A DNA stretch of 64,000 nt from an uncultured Acidobacteriota bacterium (GCA_963804995.1 CAWDSK010000004.1:96001-160000), one strand, 5' to 3'; shown: positions 20,872 to 32,558, counted from the first letter of the stretch. Numbers and translations are program-made. Notes: generated from the letters alone by a model not told the origin.

Positions 20872-21714
20872 CTATTTCTTCTGCTGGGCGTCTGAGCTGG
20901 ACTTGGTGCTTGCCTTGCCTGTCCCCTTCTTGTCAGACTCAGCTTTCTTCTCGTCACCCGGCGCCTCCGGTGCGTGCGCAGTTCGTTTGTGACCTTTGAA
21001 CACCGGAGCGATGTTCTTCATGGGTGTGGCGCGTCCCTGCTTGTTATGCTCGGCGTACCCCAACTCGCTCTGGCAGGAGGCCAGGTTCGTCTGCGCGGCC
21101 AGCACCAGTCCATCCTGATTCTTCATCAAAAAAGCCAGATGCGGCTGCAGTGCCTGCTGGAAGTCGAAGAGTTGATTGCCGGCCTGGCTGAATTGCCCGC
21201 CGAAGCTGGCGTTTTCATACTGCGCGACGCTGCGTGACAGCCCATCCAGGCGCGGTAGAACAGAGTTGATGGCCACATAGGTCTGGAAGCCGAGATACAA
21301 ACTATCCGGACGCCCATCGAACTGCGTTCGCCACTCTTCCTCTGAATTCAGCGCCTGGTGCAGAGTCTCCAGCGATTGGCCGAAGGACTTCCGGGCGGCC
21401 TCAGGCATCTTCTTCCATTGGTCCGGGTGCACCTGCTCGAGCAGGTCATTGATGTGATATTGCGTGAGCCAGAGTTTATGAAGCAGAGCTTTCACCTGCT
21501 CTGGCTCTAAATACCCCGTCGTACCCGCGCGGGTGGTGGCAGGAGGCGGCGTTGCAGTCGGGGCCTGAATCTGCTCCGTCTGAATTTCCTGCGTAGCGGG
21601 TCCGGTGGAGGGCTTCGGGTACGACTTTTTTTGAGAGGAAGTTTGAGCCAGCACTGCCAGCGGGTGGACCACAAAAAGCAAGGCAAGGAGACATGCTTTC
21701 ATTGCTGACCTCAC
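20872..21714 (-). CDS. Hypothetical secreted protein
   Basis: Signal-peptide-like N-terminus, 280-aa ORF. Confidence 0.7.
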   Translation of the reverse strand: MRSAMKACLLALLFVVHPLAVLAQTSSQKKSYPKPSTGPATQEIQTEQIQAPTATPPPATTRAGTTGYLEPEQVKALLHKLWLTQYHINDLLEQVHPDQWKKMPEAARKSFGQSLETLHQALNSEEEWRTQFDGRPDSLYLGFQTYVAINSVLPRLDGLSRSVAQYENASFGGQFSQAGNQLFDFQQALQPHLAFLMKNQDGLVLAAQTNLASCQSELGYAEHNKQGRATPMKNIAPVFKGHKRTAHAPEAPGDEKKAESDKKGTGKASTKSSSDAQQKK

Positions 21715-21849
21715 ATTTTAGTTAGAAGGCCTCGAGGCAGAAGAAGGATGGCAGGGTTCAGTTCACTTCGTCCACAAATTTCCGAATGGATTGAGTCGCC
21801 GCTTCGCCAAGATCCAGGAATTGGATTCCCATACCTAAGAATCAGAGCT

Positions 21850-22239
21850 TCAGTCGGCGGCTTGTTGAATCTCTACGGCGAACTTGAAGTACGAGCGCGG
21901 TATGCCACGTCCCCACCGGTTTACTTCCCAGCGTGCTTGAAGAAACTTGATGTCAGGCCGCTGCCGCAGGTCCAGGGCAGCAGGCGTTACGCCCCGATAG
22001 AATCTTTGGGGAAACCAAAAGAGTGCCTGAGCGCCCCAGTTCTGACCATCTGCGGAACCCCAAATGGAAACGTGCAAGGATTCCTGCTCAAGGGCCTCCT
22101 CGATCCGCATGACCAGCAAGAGGGTCTGGCCCGCCAGCCCCCCCAGCTCGAGTGGAGTACCTTGACCAGGCGATTCCACCTTGGTGTTGGCGGGGACCAG
22201 ATAGGAAAGGGCAGAGCTTGCCGTAATGCTGTTACTCAT
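21850..22239 (-). CDS. Hypothetical protein
   Basis: Plausible ORF filling the gap; no family recognised. Confidence 0.6.
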   Translation of the reverse strand: MSNSITASSALSYLVPANTKVESPGQGTPLELGGLAGQTLLLVMRIEEALEQESLHVSIWGSADGQNWGAQALFWFPQRFYRGVTPAALDLRQRPDIKFLQARWEVNRWGRGIPRSYFKFAVEIQQAAD

Positions 22240-22487
22240 AATGTAAACCGGTTCCCAGGATGTTCCAGCTAAGAGATGAATCGTACCATAAGGTTTTGCG
22301 GAAACGAAAGTCAAACAGCGGTGAAGTCGGGGGAAGAGACGGACTTGATCGAGCAGCTCAATGGAGGCGCCCGGGGCAAATCACAACCTTTCCTGGCCGT
22401 GAACATCTAACGCCGGATGAGGGAAAGATGTGAAAGCTTGCCTTTTTTCATGCAGAACGCATAGACTTTCGGCTTCTGGGATCAACT

Positions 22488-25247
22488 ATGCGCTTACTGA
22501 TGGGACTGTATTTTTCTTTACTCCTCGCGGCGGGGGTGGCCCAGCCGGCTGACGTTTCAACCGTTTCACTCGATGGTGACTGGCACTTCCTCGCTGACCC
22601 CAGTGGCACGCTGGACGTGCAGAAACTTGATTCCGCTCCCTACGTCCGGCCAACCCGGGTTCCCTCCTCCTGGCAATCGCAGTTCGCGGATCTGCGCGAT
22701 TATGCCGGAGTTGCGTGGTACTGGCGTACCCTTACCGCTGCCCCGCCTGCGCCTGACCAAGTAGCCCTATTACACTTCGGCGCGGTGGATTACCAGGCGG
22801 AGGTTTATGTCAATGGCCAGAAGGCCGGCTCACACGAGGGCGGATATTTACCCTTTGACCTCAACGTCACTTCCCTGCTCCACGCGGGTGAAAATCAGTT
22901 CGCCGTGCGCGTTTCCGACCCCGGCGCCAAACCACATGAGGTTGTGGCAGGCATCAACTACGCGGAAATTCCGCATGGCAAGCAGAGCTGGTACGTCCAA
23001 ACGAGCGGGTTGTGGCAGAGCGTCGAGCTCGACTACCGTCCGCGCGTGCGGCTTGGCAACGTCCACATTTCAGCCGCCCCGGATGGGTCCTTGGTGATTA
23101 CGGCGCCGGTGGTCCGCGTGGGGTCGACCGATGCCACTCGCGCCAGCGCCGAGGTCCGCGATATGGCCGGGAAAGTAGTGTGGCAGAGCACCCAGGATGT
23201 GGCCACCGGGGCGAACAGCGCCAAGCTCAGCGGGCTCATCCAAGCTCCGGCCCTGTGGAGTCCCGCGAGCCCGACTCTCTACGAACTGCATGTGTCGCTC
23301 AGTTCGGGAGATTCCACGAGCTGCCGCTTCGGGTTCCGCAGCTTTGGCACGCATGATGGCAAGTTCTATCTGAACGGCAAGCCTGTTTACCTGCGCGGGG
23401 CACTCGACCAAGATTTTTATCCTGAGACGATTTACACGCCTCCCTCGATCGACTATATCCGCGATGAGATGCGCAAGGCGAAGGCCCTGGGGCTGAATCT
23501 GCTGCGCTGCCACATCAAGGCGCCAGACCCACGTTACCTCCAGGCGGCAGATGAAGTGGGGATACTCGTTTGGTACGAGATTCCGAATTGGGACAAGCTT
23601 ACGAACGACTCCGAGCGCCGCGCCATGGAGACCCTGCACGGCATGGTTGAACGTGATTGGAACCATCCCGCCATCGTGATCGTGAGTATCCTTAATGAAA
23701 GCTGGGGCGCCAACCTGAAGGAAACTCCGGACCGCACGTGGCTGAAGTCAGCTTTTCAGGATGCCAAGACCTTTGTACCCTGGCTGGTGGTGGATAACAG
23801 CGCGTGCTGTGACAACTTCCACGTGGCCACTGACATCGCGGATTTTCACCAATACGCGGCCGTTCCCGACTACGCCTCGAATTTCGACCGGCTGGTTGAC
23901 GACCAGGCGCAGAGGCCGGGCTGGCTGTTCAGTCCATACGGAGACGCGGCGCCCAAGGGGGACGAACCCCTGGTGCTCTCTGAGTTCGGCAACTGGGGAT
24001 TGCCACGCGTGCCGGAGGACAAGCCTTGGTGGTTCAGTCGCGGAAGTGGAGAAAATGAAATAACCATGCCCGAGGGGGTGGAGAAGCGCTTCAAGGATTA
24101 TCAGTACGCATCCCTCTTCCCGGACCTCAACACCCTGACGGACGCGACCGAGTGGCACGAGTACACCGCTCTGAAGTATGAGCTTGAGGCCTTGCGCGCG
24201 CACCCTGAACTCCAGGGATACATCATCACGGAGTTTACTGATATCAATTGGGAAGCGAACGGCCTGCTCGATATGTGGCGTCACCCCAAGGTGTTTGCCG
24301 ACGCCCTCCGCCCGTTGCAACAGGAAGATTTAGTTGTGCTGCGTAGCGACAAGCGGAATTACCACGTAGGCGAGTCCGTGCGGGCGGACGTTTATCTTTC
24401 TCACTACGGCCCCGCGGACCTGGCGGGCGGCAAAATCGATTGGCAAGTGGAGGGAACCTCGCTCGCAGGAAGCATATCGGCAGCGCCGGCGGCTTCCGTG
24501 GGCGCGGCCAAGGCGGGCACCTTGCAGTTTGCGGCGCCTCCAGGATCAGCGCCTGTCAAACGCACTTTAAAGGCTGTGTATAGCGTCGGAGAAAAAACCA
24601 TTTCCGAGGATTCTCTCAACCTGTATTTCTATCCTCATCTCCAGCCGGATCTGCCGCCGCCCGTCTCTTTCTATGACCCCACAGGCCGCCTGCGCAGGCT
24701 GGTCAACGAAATGCGGGCGCGCAATTACTTGGCGCCCTCGGGTGCGGAAGCCTATCCCGTATTGATCACTTCGGTGCTGGATGAGACAGTCAAAAACAAG
24801 CTCCGCGCCGGAGCTCGGGTGATCCTGATGGCCGCAGATCAAATGACGCTCGCGCCTGGGTTGGAAATTGTGCCCCGCTCACAAGGCGACTTCAGTGGCA
24901 ACTGGATTGCCGACTTCCTCTGGCTGCGCAAGGATCGAGCTCCATTTACAAGCATCGGATTCAATACACTAGGCGAGTTTGAAACGCAGGCCGTCACCCC
25001 GGCGGCGGTCCTCAAAGGAATCCCCGCGCAGAACTTCAACGATGTGCTGGCCGGAATGTTTTACGGTTGGGTTCAATCGAACGTGGGAGTGCTTGTGCAG
25101 GCCAAGGCCGGCAAGGGTAAACTGCTGATCTCAACATTCTCCCTCGCTACCGCCTACAACTCCGATCCGTACGCTACCTTCCTGCTGGATGCGCTGGTCA
25201 ATTACGCGGTGTCAGATTTCTCACCACATTTCGAAATACCCATGTGA
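22488..25247 (+). CDS. Glycoside hydrolase family 2 protein
   Basis: SLDGDWHF, LHFGAVDY, HEGGYLPF, WNHPAIV..SILNESWG, LSEFG. Confidence 0.92.
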   Translation: MRLLMGLYFSLLLAAGVAQPADVSTVSLDGDWHFLADPSGTLDVQKLDSAPYVRPTRVPSSWQSQFADLRDYAGVAWYWRTLTAAPPAPDQVALLHFGAVDYQAEVYVNGQKAGSHEGGYLPFDLNVTSLLHAGENQFAVRVSDPGAKPHEVVAGINYAEIPHGKQSWYVQTSGLWQSVELDYRPRVRLGNVHISAAPDGSLVITAPVVRVGSTDATRASAEVRDMAGKVVWQSTQDVATGANSAKLSGLIQAPALWSPASPTLYELHVSLSSGDSTSCRFGFRSFGTHDGKFYLNGKPVYLRGALDQDFYPETIYTPPSIDYIRDEMRKAKALGLNLLRCHIKAPDPRYLQAADEVGILVWYEIPNWDKLTNDSERRAMETLHGMVERDWNHPAIVIVSILNESWGANLKETPDRTWLKSAFQDAKTFVPWLVVDNSACCDNFHVATDIADFHQYAAVPDYASNFDRLVDDQAQRPGWLFSPYGDAAPKGDEPLVLSEFGNWGLPRVPEDKPWWFSRGSGENEITMPEGVEKRFKDYQYASLFPDLNTLTDATEWHEYTALKYELEALRAHPELQGYIITEFTDINWEANGLLDMWRHPKVFADALRPLQQEDLVVLRSDKRNYHVGESVRADVYLSHYGPADLAGGKIDWQVEGTSLAGSISAAPAASVGAAKAGTLQFAAPPGSAPVKRTLKAVYSVGEKTISEDSLNLYFYPHLQPDLPPPVSFYDPTGRLRRLVNEMRARNYLAPSGAEAYPVLITSVLDETVKNKLRAGARVILMAADQMTLAPGLEIVPRSQGDFSGNWIADFLWLRKDRAPFTSIGFNTLGEFETQAVTPAAVLKGIPAQNFNDVLAGMFYGWVQSNVGVLVQAKAGKGKLLISTFSLATAYNSDPYATFLLDALVNYAVSDFSPHFEIPM

Positions 25248-25266
25248 GGAAGAGAGGCGTCAGGTT

Positions 25267-25475
25267 GGCTGGCGCAGACCCCGGTTTTTAGGGGGTCTGC
25301 GATCTCCCGAAGGGACTCTCATGCGGCAAGGGATTAGCACGGGGCAGCATACCGTTTTATGAGCGTATTTCCTGCCTGAGCCAAATGCTATTCTTCACCA
25401 AAGGAATGAGCTGCGACTCACCCATGTTCCTTCGGGATAACGCAGACCCCAAAGGTCGGGGCTCAGCGCCAGCCG
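25267..25475. repeat. MITE-like element family C, long copy
   Basis: GGCTGGCGCAGACCCC...GGGGCTCAGCGCCAGCC between convergent genes. Confidence 0.6.
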
Positions 25476-25485
25476 GGGCCACCTG

Positions 25486-26688
25486 CTATTTGCGCAGCTT
25501 TCCCAACCGCCGGATGGCTTCATCAAGCGTGGCGTCAGTTTTGCAAAAAGCGAAACGCACCTGCTGCGCCCCCAAGGCAGGATCGCGATAGAAGCTGCTG
25601 CCCGGCACGGCAGCGACGCCGATCTCACTCACGAGGTGGCGGGCAAACTCCACATCATTGGGAAAGCCAAACGCGGAAATATCCGTCATGATGTAGTAAG
25701 CCCCGTGGGGTTGGAAGCAACGGAATCCAGCCTGTTCAAGCCCTGCCAACATGCGGTCTCGCCGCAGTCGATAGTTGGCCGCGAGTCTTTCATAATAGGT
25801 CTCGGGAAGCCGCAGGGCGATTGCACCCGCAGCTTGTAATGGCGCGGCTGCTCCCACCGTGAGGAAATCGTGCATTTTGCGGATCGCATCGGTGACCTGC
25901 GGGGGGGCGACGGCGTAACCCACCCGCCATCCGGTGACGCTATAGGTTTTCGAAAGCGCATTGATAGTAATGGTCCGCTCGCGCATGCCCGGGAGAGTGG
26001 CGAGCGAAATGTGCCGGTAGCCGTCATACACCAGGTATTGGTAAATTTCATCCGTGATGGCGTAAGCATTTGTCCGCCGGCATTGCTCGGCAATCAGTTC
26101 AAGCTCGGCCAGCGCGAAGACTTTTCCAGTGGGATTGTTGGGCGTGTTGAGGATCACGGCGCGGGTGCGGTCGGTAAAGGCCGCGGTAAGCTCCTGAGGG
26201 TCGAAAGTCCAATCCGGGGGACGAAGCCGCACATAGCGTGTCGAGGCGCCGCAGATGATGGCGTCAGGCCCATAGTTCTCGTAGAAAGGCTCGAAGACCA
26301 CAACCTCCTCGCCCGGGTCGATAATGGCCAGGAGCGAGGCGATCATGGTTTCGGTGGCGCCGCAGCAGACCGTCAACTCGCGTTCCGGGTCGATGGCGAG
26401 GCCGGTGTCGTGCCGGAAGCGGTCCGCGACAGCTTGCCGGAAATCTCGGGCGCCCCAGGTGATGGCGTATTGGTTGATGTCTGCGCGGATCGCCTTTACA
26501 GCCGCTTCCTTTACTTCCTCCGGTGCGGCAAAATCCGGGAATCCCTGGGCAAGGTTGACCGCATGGTGATCGATTGCCAAGCGCGTCATCTCGCGGATGA
26601 CCGACTCCGTAAACTGACCCGCCTTGCGCGAAATGGGCGAGCGGGCCGCGGCAGGACTCGGCTGGGGTTCAAGAGGACTTCCCTTCAT
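25486..26688 (-). CDS. Class I/II PLP aminotransferase
   Basis: NLAQGFPDF, NTPNNPTGK, TDEIY, SKTYSVTGWRVGY. Confidence 0.95.
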   Translation of the reverse strand: MKGSPLEPQPSPAAARSPISRKAGQFTESVIREMTRLAIDHHAVNLAQGFPDFAAPEEVKEAAVKAIRADINQYAITWGARDFRQAVADRFRHDTGLAIDPERELTVCCGATETMIASLLAIIDPGEEVVVFEPFYENYGPDAIICGASTRYVRLRPPDWTFDPQELTAAFTDRTRAVILNTPNNPTGKVFALAELELIAEQCRRTNAYAITDEIYQYLVYDGYRHISLATLPGMRERTITINALSKTYSVTGWRVGYAVAPPQVTDAIRKMHDFLTVGAAAPLQAAGAIALRLPETYYERLAANYRLRRDRMLAGLEQAGFRCFQPHGAYYIMTDISAFGFPNDVEFARHLVSEIGVAAVPGSSFYRDPALGAQQVRFAFCKTDATLDEAIRRLGKLRK

Positions 26689-26697
26689 ACCATCTCC

Positions 26698-29004
26698 TCA
26701 GTGTACTGAACTGCTGCGGGGCGGCCCGCCAGTAGCTTTCTTGATCCGGGGCGTCTCTCGCGCGGCACTGGGCGGAGTTGAAGCTTTCGATTCCGCACAC
26801 ACGGCAAAACGTGGCGAGCCGGTCGAAAGCTGCCGGTAAGTTTCCGCGTCGCGCAGAACCATTTCCACATAGATCCGCGTCGAGGGAATCGGAATGCTCT
26901 GAGGAACGTCACCGCGTCCGGGAAGGAAGCTTTGCTGAGCCAGTCCTTGACGCGAAAATCCCCTGCATGGTAGGCGGCCATGGCGAATTCCGGCCGGCCG
27001 TCAAATTGCTTCAGCAATTCTTTCAGATAAGTGCAGCCAAACCGAACATTGTAGGTGGGATCATAAAGGCGAACGCCCACCGCGCGAAGGCGCGAACTAC
27101 GCCGGCTGGGGGTGGCGGTTTCGGGCAGAATCTGCATGAGCCCGCGGGCGTCCGCCGAGGAAAGCGCGTGGGGATTGAATGCCGATTCCTGCCGGATGAG
27201 TCCCCTCACCAACTGCGGGTCGACGTGGCTCAGGAGAGCCTGCCGCTCTATAAGTTTCTTGTACGCCTGCGGGTAGAGAAAATCCCAGATTTCCTTCGGC
27301 AACGCAGAGAATTCCTCCTGGGAATAGGCAGGGGCAATCTTGATGGTATCGAACAATGCCGCCGAAGCTTTGTCGTGGGAGCCTTCCAACCGGGCAAGCC
27401 ACAGGCGGAGTTCTGGCGGCGCCGAGTTCCCGGAAACCGCCGCCTTCAAGTAATCCTCTTCCAAGTCTTTCAAATCCAAGGCTTGCAGGATTAACACGGG
27501 CTGGGCGGCATCTCCGGAGGTTGAGGTGGTAAGGCAGGCAACCCCGGGCGGAACAACTGGCGACAACAGCAGGGGAGCAAGTGTAGCGGCAAGAGAACCG
27601 GCAGAGGTCTCGCTTGCACCGGTCACATTTCCCTGCCCCACAGGCAAGTTCTCCAGGCGCGCGGCAGCTTGGAGGGCGTAATAACTGTGCACAAATCTTT
27701 TGCCCAGCAGAACATATAGCGCCCGAGCTTCCGAGGTCGCACCCTGCTCCTCCTTGATCCGTCCCAACCAGTAAAGGGCAGCCGTGGCGCGCGGTGAATC
27801 AGGAAAGCGCGTGAGGTACTCCTTGATGGCATCGGGGGCCTTGGGATCGTGCAGAAGGTATTCACACCAAACCAATCGCCAACCGTCGTCGCGAGCGTGT
27901 TCACCATGGGGGAACAATTCGGAAAGCCGCTGGTAGACACGCGCCGCTTCCTGCCAGTTGAGCTGGCGATAATAGAAGTTCCCCGCCGCGGAAAGCGCGT
28001 CGGCGTAAGCTGGCGAAGATGCGAACTGGGTTTCGAGCTCGGAAAGGTCACGGGTAATCGCTGCCGGATCGGCCTGCTGCACGTGAACCTGTACGAGCAG
28101 CCCCAGCCGCTGCGCTTCCAGTTCGGGCGTGGGAGAATGATTGAAAAGAGCATCCAAGGCGTCCACGGTGCGGTGAAGATGCACAAGGCACCGCACCCGT
28201 CCAAGTTGCCAGCGGGGGGCGAATGAGCTGCCGGGCTCGGCGTCCAGCAATTCGCCAAAACCCTTCAAGGCGTCCGCGTAACGCCCCGCCTTGAAGAGAA
28301 TCTCCAAGCGCGCTGTCTGGATGTCATCGGTGGGAACCGGAAAAGTTGCGCCAAGCTCGGAGCGGAGTGTTACCAGCGAGTCCGCCGCGGCTTTGGCCTG
28401 GGGAGAAGTTGGAAAGGCGAAATAAACTTCCTGGAAGGCTTGCGCGGCCTCAAGCGTCTGGTTAGCCTGATGATAAGACTGCGCCAGCATTAAGGCGAGC
28501 GCCGGGCGTTTGTGCGTCTCAGGTTCGGCGGCAAGTAAGCTGGCAGCCTCCTGCGGTTGCTGAGCTTCCAGCAGCGCCCGCGCTTCTAGCTCCAGCGCCT
28601 GTCCACGCAGGTGGCTTTCGGGAAAGCGTTTGGCGAAGTCATGCAGTGCTGTGGCCGCATCGTGCCATCCCTCTGCACGGCTCGCCAGCGGTGGCCTGAT
28701 AAAACACCGCATAGTCGGCAAGCGAAAACGCGCTCTCGGCCGCCAGGTGCAGATCCTGGGCCGCCTCTACGAAGTGACTAGCTTGATACTCGGAGTAGCC
28801 CGCCAGGAAATAAGCCCAGCCGCGCCACTCGGGATCTTTCTGCGCTTGTGCGTAGCTGCGCAGGCTCACCCACGTGTCAGGTTGGGTGGCCCGTGCCGCA
28901 AGCTGGCGAAGTGTGGTGGGAACGACCACGGCGGCGGAACCGAGCGTCGGCAAACACAGCGACAGGCATACGGCCACCGGCAGAAATTTGCGAAGGGATC
29001 TCAC
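26698..29004 (-). CDS. TPR-containing Slt-type lytic transglycosylase, frameshifts near 28690 and 26901
   Basis: IRQESAF, ARGLMQI, AAYHAG. The signal peptide is in ORF 28639..29004 and the true C-terminus SIPIPSTRIYVEMVL is in another frame. Confidence 0.85.
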
Positions 29005-30314
29005 GCGGAAGGCCCTGGATAATCCGGTCCCAGGACGGTCGAATCATTCCCTCCCAAGGTGCTCACCAACTCTTCGTGGAAGTAATCAAACTCCTTGCTG
29101 AGGGACTTACCAAATCGCTTGGCGAAGGTCTGGCGACTGCGATCGATGTCGGTCTTCAGGCGCTTGTAGAGATCCTTATTCTTGCGCCCATCCCCCACCT
29201 TGATCTTGTTGTAGAGTTCGATTTCCGAAACCAGGAGCTTGGCGAATCGCTTGGCGTCTTTGTGAACCTTTTGCTCAGATTCACTCAGTTGCGAGATATC
29301 CATTACTCCCGGGGCCGCCGGGGGTGCGAGCGCCACGTCGGTCACCGACTGCTCCACCGCAGGCACTTCCGGCGACCAAACCGCCGCGCCCGGTGTTTCA
29401 ACCCCACCGTGGACTGGCACACCATCAGGCTCAGTCGGAACTGGCGGGGGAGCCTCGTGCCAAACCTCCGCCGGCCCAGCGGGTGGCTCATTCGCGGGGG
29501 TCTCCACCGCCGTCACTACCCCCGGGATCTCTTGTACAGCTTCGCCGGCTGTGGGTTCAGCGGGCGCGTCATCAACTGGCGCTTCAGCTTCCAAGGGTCT
29601 TTCAACTTCCGGCCCCGCATCGTCCGCTGAAATTCCGCCGCTCAGCGCGATCAGGCGATCAATTTGCGCCCCCGTGAATTCGGACAGAATCTTGAGAGCA
29701 TTGACCGGAAGGTCGGAGTGTTCCCCGCTGGGATCCGCATAAAGAATCGCCGAAACCGCGCCCGCGGAGCGGATGGGCAAGAGCAGAATAGGTACGTCTT
29801 TGGCCGGCTTGAGTTTCTCCAGGACGTTGCGGTTCTTCTTCAGCGTCTCGACACTCGCGTCCACGTGGCCGGCAGTCTCAACAACTTGACGGAAGGGATT
29901 TTCCTGGTTCAGGGGGACGACCAGTGCCCGAAAAATCCTCTCTGTGAGGTCAGGCCCGAAACCGATCGCTGCAGCGCCCCAGGCCGCTTTGCCGCGCACA
30001 TCAAAAACCGCGCTGCGCACGCCGACCTGCGCGGCCTCCTGCGCCAACACCTGCAGAGCCTGCTCGGGCATAGTGCAGGTGATCAGGTTGCGGACGGCAT
30101 TCAGAACGTTTTCGAGGGCTGCATCCGCCGAGTCTTGTAACACGCAAGCCCCGGCGATCTCAATTGCCTGCCACCGCTGCTCAGTTTCCTGCTCCAGGCG
30201 TTGGCAGCGCTGCCGTGCTTCCGACAAATCATGCTCAAGCTTCTCGAGGAATTCGGCTTGGGAGCCAAGCTCCTGGGCCAAGTGCTGGCGAGCCTCGCGA
30301 ATCGAGTCATCCAT
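29001..30314 (-). CDS. Hypothetical protein with coiled coil and GAF-like domain
   Basis: LLLPIRSAGAVSAILYAD GAF-like segment; C-terminal AKRFAKLLVSEIELYN motif. Confidence 0.75.
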   Translation of the reverse strand: MDDSIREARQHLAQELGSQAEFLEKLEHDLSEARQRCQRLEQETEQRWQAIEIAGACVLQDSADAALENVLNAVRNLITCTMPEQALQVLAQEAAQVGVRSAVFDVRGKAAWGAAAIGFGPDLTERIFRALVVPLNQENPFRQVVETAGHVDASVETLKKNRNVLEKLKPAKDVPILLLPIRSAGAVSAILYADPSGEHSDLPVNALKILSEFTGAQIDRLIALSGGISADDAGPEVERPLEAEAPVDDAPAEPTAGEAVQEIPGVVTAVETPANEPPAGPAEVWHEAPPPVPTEPDGVPVHGGVETPGAAVWSPEVPAVEQSVTDVALAPPAAPGVMDISQLSESEQKVHKDAKRFAKLLVSEIELYNKIKVGDGRKNKDLYKRLKTDIDRSRQTFAKRFGKSLSKEFDYFHEELVSTLGGNDSTVLGPDYPGPSA

Positions 30315-30446
30315 AGAATTGCTTTTTGGTTCAGTCAAGCGTGACACCTCAACCCGATACGGTACAAGTTCATTATGGAACAAGCCGCGCCGCGGGTGCA
30401 ATGGCAATGTCACCGACGTCAGCGGCCGGCAGGGGTTAGGGGCCAA

Positions 30447-30625
30447 AAGCTAGGGGCTAGGGGCTGGGGGCTCGGGATCAGGGGTTAGGGATTTGGGGTT
30501 TGGAGTCAGCTTTGGGGCTGGGCATTCCATATCCCATATCGTCCGCTCTGCCTTCTGTCTTTTGCCTGCTGCCTTCCGCTTTCTGCCTACTGCCTTCGGC
30601 TGACACCTGGCACCTAACACCTGCT
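30447..30625. repeat. Degenerate heptamer tandem repeats
   Basis: (GCTAGGG)n-like and (CTGCCTT)n-like runs upstream of tmRNA. Confidence 0.7.
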
Positions 30626-30638
30626 ATTGCCGGTTGAT

Positions 30639-30667
30639 TTGACACGCCCCCCATCGCAGGGTAATCT
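30639..30667 (+). promoter_or_regulatory. Sigma70-type promoter for tmRNA
   Basis: TTGACA-17 bp-TAATCT. Confidence 0.7.
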
Positions 30668-30679
30668 GAAATAGTATAT

Positions 30680-31040
30680 GGGGGCGTACCGGTTTCGACG
30701 GGAGCCCTTGCGCTTAGGAGGCATGTCGGGGGTCCACACCACCCGTGATCGGCGTGGGACAAAGACAACTGCCAACACGCAGTATGCCTACGCTGCCTAA
30801 TTAATTAGGTAGCCGTCTCCTCCTTTAGGCCCGCATGAGGGATGTGAGGCGTCGATTGGCGGGATAGTCCCGGGTCTGCCGTCTGAGGATCTGGGGCGAA
30901 TCTTCTCAGGCTAGCTGGCGGCTCGTTGTTGCCCGTTCCTGAGGACCGTCGGTGAAAGCAGGAAGCGAACTGGGATAAGCATGTAGGCTCCTAACCGTAA
31001 GTCTCTTCGGACGGGGGTTCGACTCCCCCCGCCTCCACCA
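30680..31040 (+). ncRNA. ssrA: tmRNA
   Basis: 5' GGGGGCGTACCGGTTTCGACGGG; 3' GGGGGTTCGACTCCCCCCGCCTCCACCA; tag ANTQYAYAA* at 30771-30800. Confidence 0.97.
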
Positions 31041-31058
31041 TACAACCCTTTCTGTAAC

Positions 31059-32558
31059 TCACGCCGCCCGCAAGTACAGCACGGCTGGGCCGGGAAAGGG
31101 CACCATGAATTCCGTATTGCCCGCCCCTCGAACTGTCCCGCCTCCCGTGATGGTGCCCTCGACGGGATGCATCCATTCAACTTCAAAAGATTGGGCTGCC
31201 GCCGGTAGGTGCACTGTTACCTCGTACCCTTCCGGTAGGTAGACCAGATACTCATGCCCGGGGTTTGCCAGGCAGAATCCTGTGGAGGCGAAACTACTGT
31301 GCGGCGTCATCTCAACCAAGTTCATCCGGTTCGCATAGGTGCGGGTATTTCCAATGGCCTTGCGGACGGGTTCCCAAACCCAGGCATCCGCGCGGTTCAA
31401 GTCGCGGGTGGGATAGCCGGGGCGCGAGGCCCAATTCACTTCTCCGCAGGGATGACCAGGGATGGGAACCCAGGAATCCATTAACAGCGTGTTGTAGCCG
31501 CGGCAGAAACTCTTCCAGGCCCATGACGGAGTTCCGCCGTGGCCCCAGAGGTGGTCGGTATCAAGCACCGCCACCTTCTTGCCGTCCCATTCCGGAGGGT
31601 CGTGCTTGAAGGAATCACTGTCATCCGCCCCCGGGGAGACCCAATCACACCGGCTTTCGAGCATCGACTTCAGCCCCTCGGAGTTCCACCCGGTAATCCC
31701 GATAGGGTGCCGATTCCCTTTTTTGTCCTCATAATCATGCACAAAATCGACAACCCACCAGTCCCACTCCCGGTCTCCACCCTCATTGATAACCTCATAG
31801 AGGATGTTGTCAAGATCATGCACTGTGTCCATGACCTTCCGCAGGTAGGCGGCCTGCATCTCCCGGACCTCGGGCCGGTGCAGGCTGACCATTCCGGTGT
31901 CGCCTTCCTGGCCATCGAACCCGTTGAGATTGTTTTTGATGTTGTAGGGATGCGCGGGCCAGGGGTCGCAAGGGTCGCCCTTCTTTTTTTCGCTGAAGCT
32001 CTGGAAGAGTTGCACGGCCGCGTAAATTCCGTGATCGCGGGCGTAAATAAGGCGCGAGCGCATGCGGTCGAAATACTCGGGATTGAACTTGGTCAAATCA
32101 AATTTGGGCAGGCCATCGAGCGCCAAGCCCGGGCCCGTGCGCAGATAAGGCAAGGGCTCAAAGAGAATCTTCTCATCTGTCCAGGGCGCGTAGGCCGCAG
32201 CCAACCAATGCCAGAAGCGCATGAAATTGTGATTGTGCTTCACCATCATGTCGACGTACGCCGGATAGTCAAACCGCGCCACGGGAGGAAGACCCATATC
32301 CTGGAAATTGGCCCAGGTGTGCGACCCGGTCAGAAAAATGGCCCGGCCGCTGCCATCCGTAAAATAGCGGGGGTTGGCAGGGTTGACCTTTAAGGGGCCC
32401 GTGGCCGGCCAGCGCGAGGAAACCCATCCTGGGACCTCCTCCTCTGCCCCAGCCTTCAGGTTGGCGGAATAAGAAGGGGATGGCAGCCACAGGCCGGCGG
32501 AAATCGCGGCCGCGCCCTTCACCGACTTTTGAAGAAATTCACGTCGGTTGATGTCCAT
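31059..32558 (-). CDS. Tat-exported glycoside hydrolase-like protein (DUF6298/DUF4038-like)
   Basis: NRREFL Tat motif, NPRYFTDGSG, YEVINE, C-terminal CLANPGHEYLVYLP beta domain. Confidence 0.75.
   Translation of the reverse strand: MDINRREFLQKSVKGAAAISAGLWLPSPSYSANLKAGAEEEVPGWVSSRWPATGPLKVNPANPRYFTDGSGRAIFLTGSHTWANFQDMGLPPVARFDYPAYVDMMVKHNHNFMRFWHWLAAAYAPWTDEKILFEPLPYLRTGPGLALDGLPKFDLTKFNPEYFDRMRSRLIYARDHGIYAAVQLFQSFSEKKKGDPCDPWPAHPYNIKNNLNGFDGQEGDTGMVSLHRPEVREMQAAYLRKVMDTVHDLDNILYEVINEGGDREWDWWVVDFVHDYEDKKGNRHPIGITGWNSEGLKSMLESRCDWVSPGADDSDSFKHDPPEWDGKKVAVLDTDHLWGHGGTPSWAWKSFCRGYNTLLMDSWVPIPGHPCGEVNWASRPGYPTRDLNRADAWVWEPVRKAIGNTRTYANRMNLVEMTPHSSFASTGFCLANPGHEYLVYLPEGYEVTVHLPAAAQSFEVEWMHPVEGTITGGGTVRGAGNTEFMVPFPGPAVLYLRAA

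Noticed and set aside
30680..31060. Island integrated at tmRNA
   Set aside because: No duplicated tmRNA 3' end or adjacent integrase seen.
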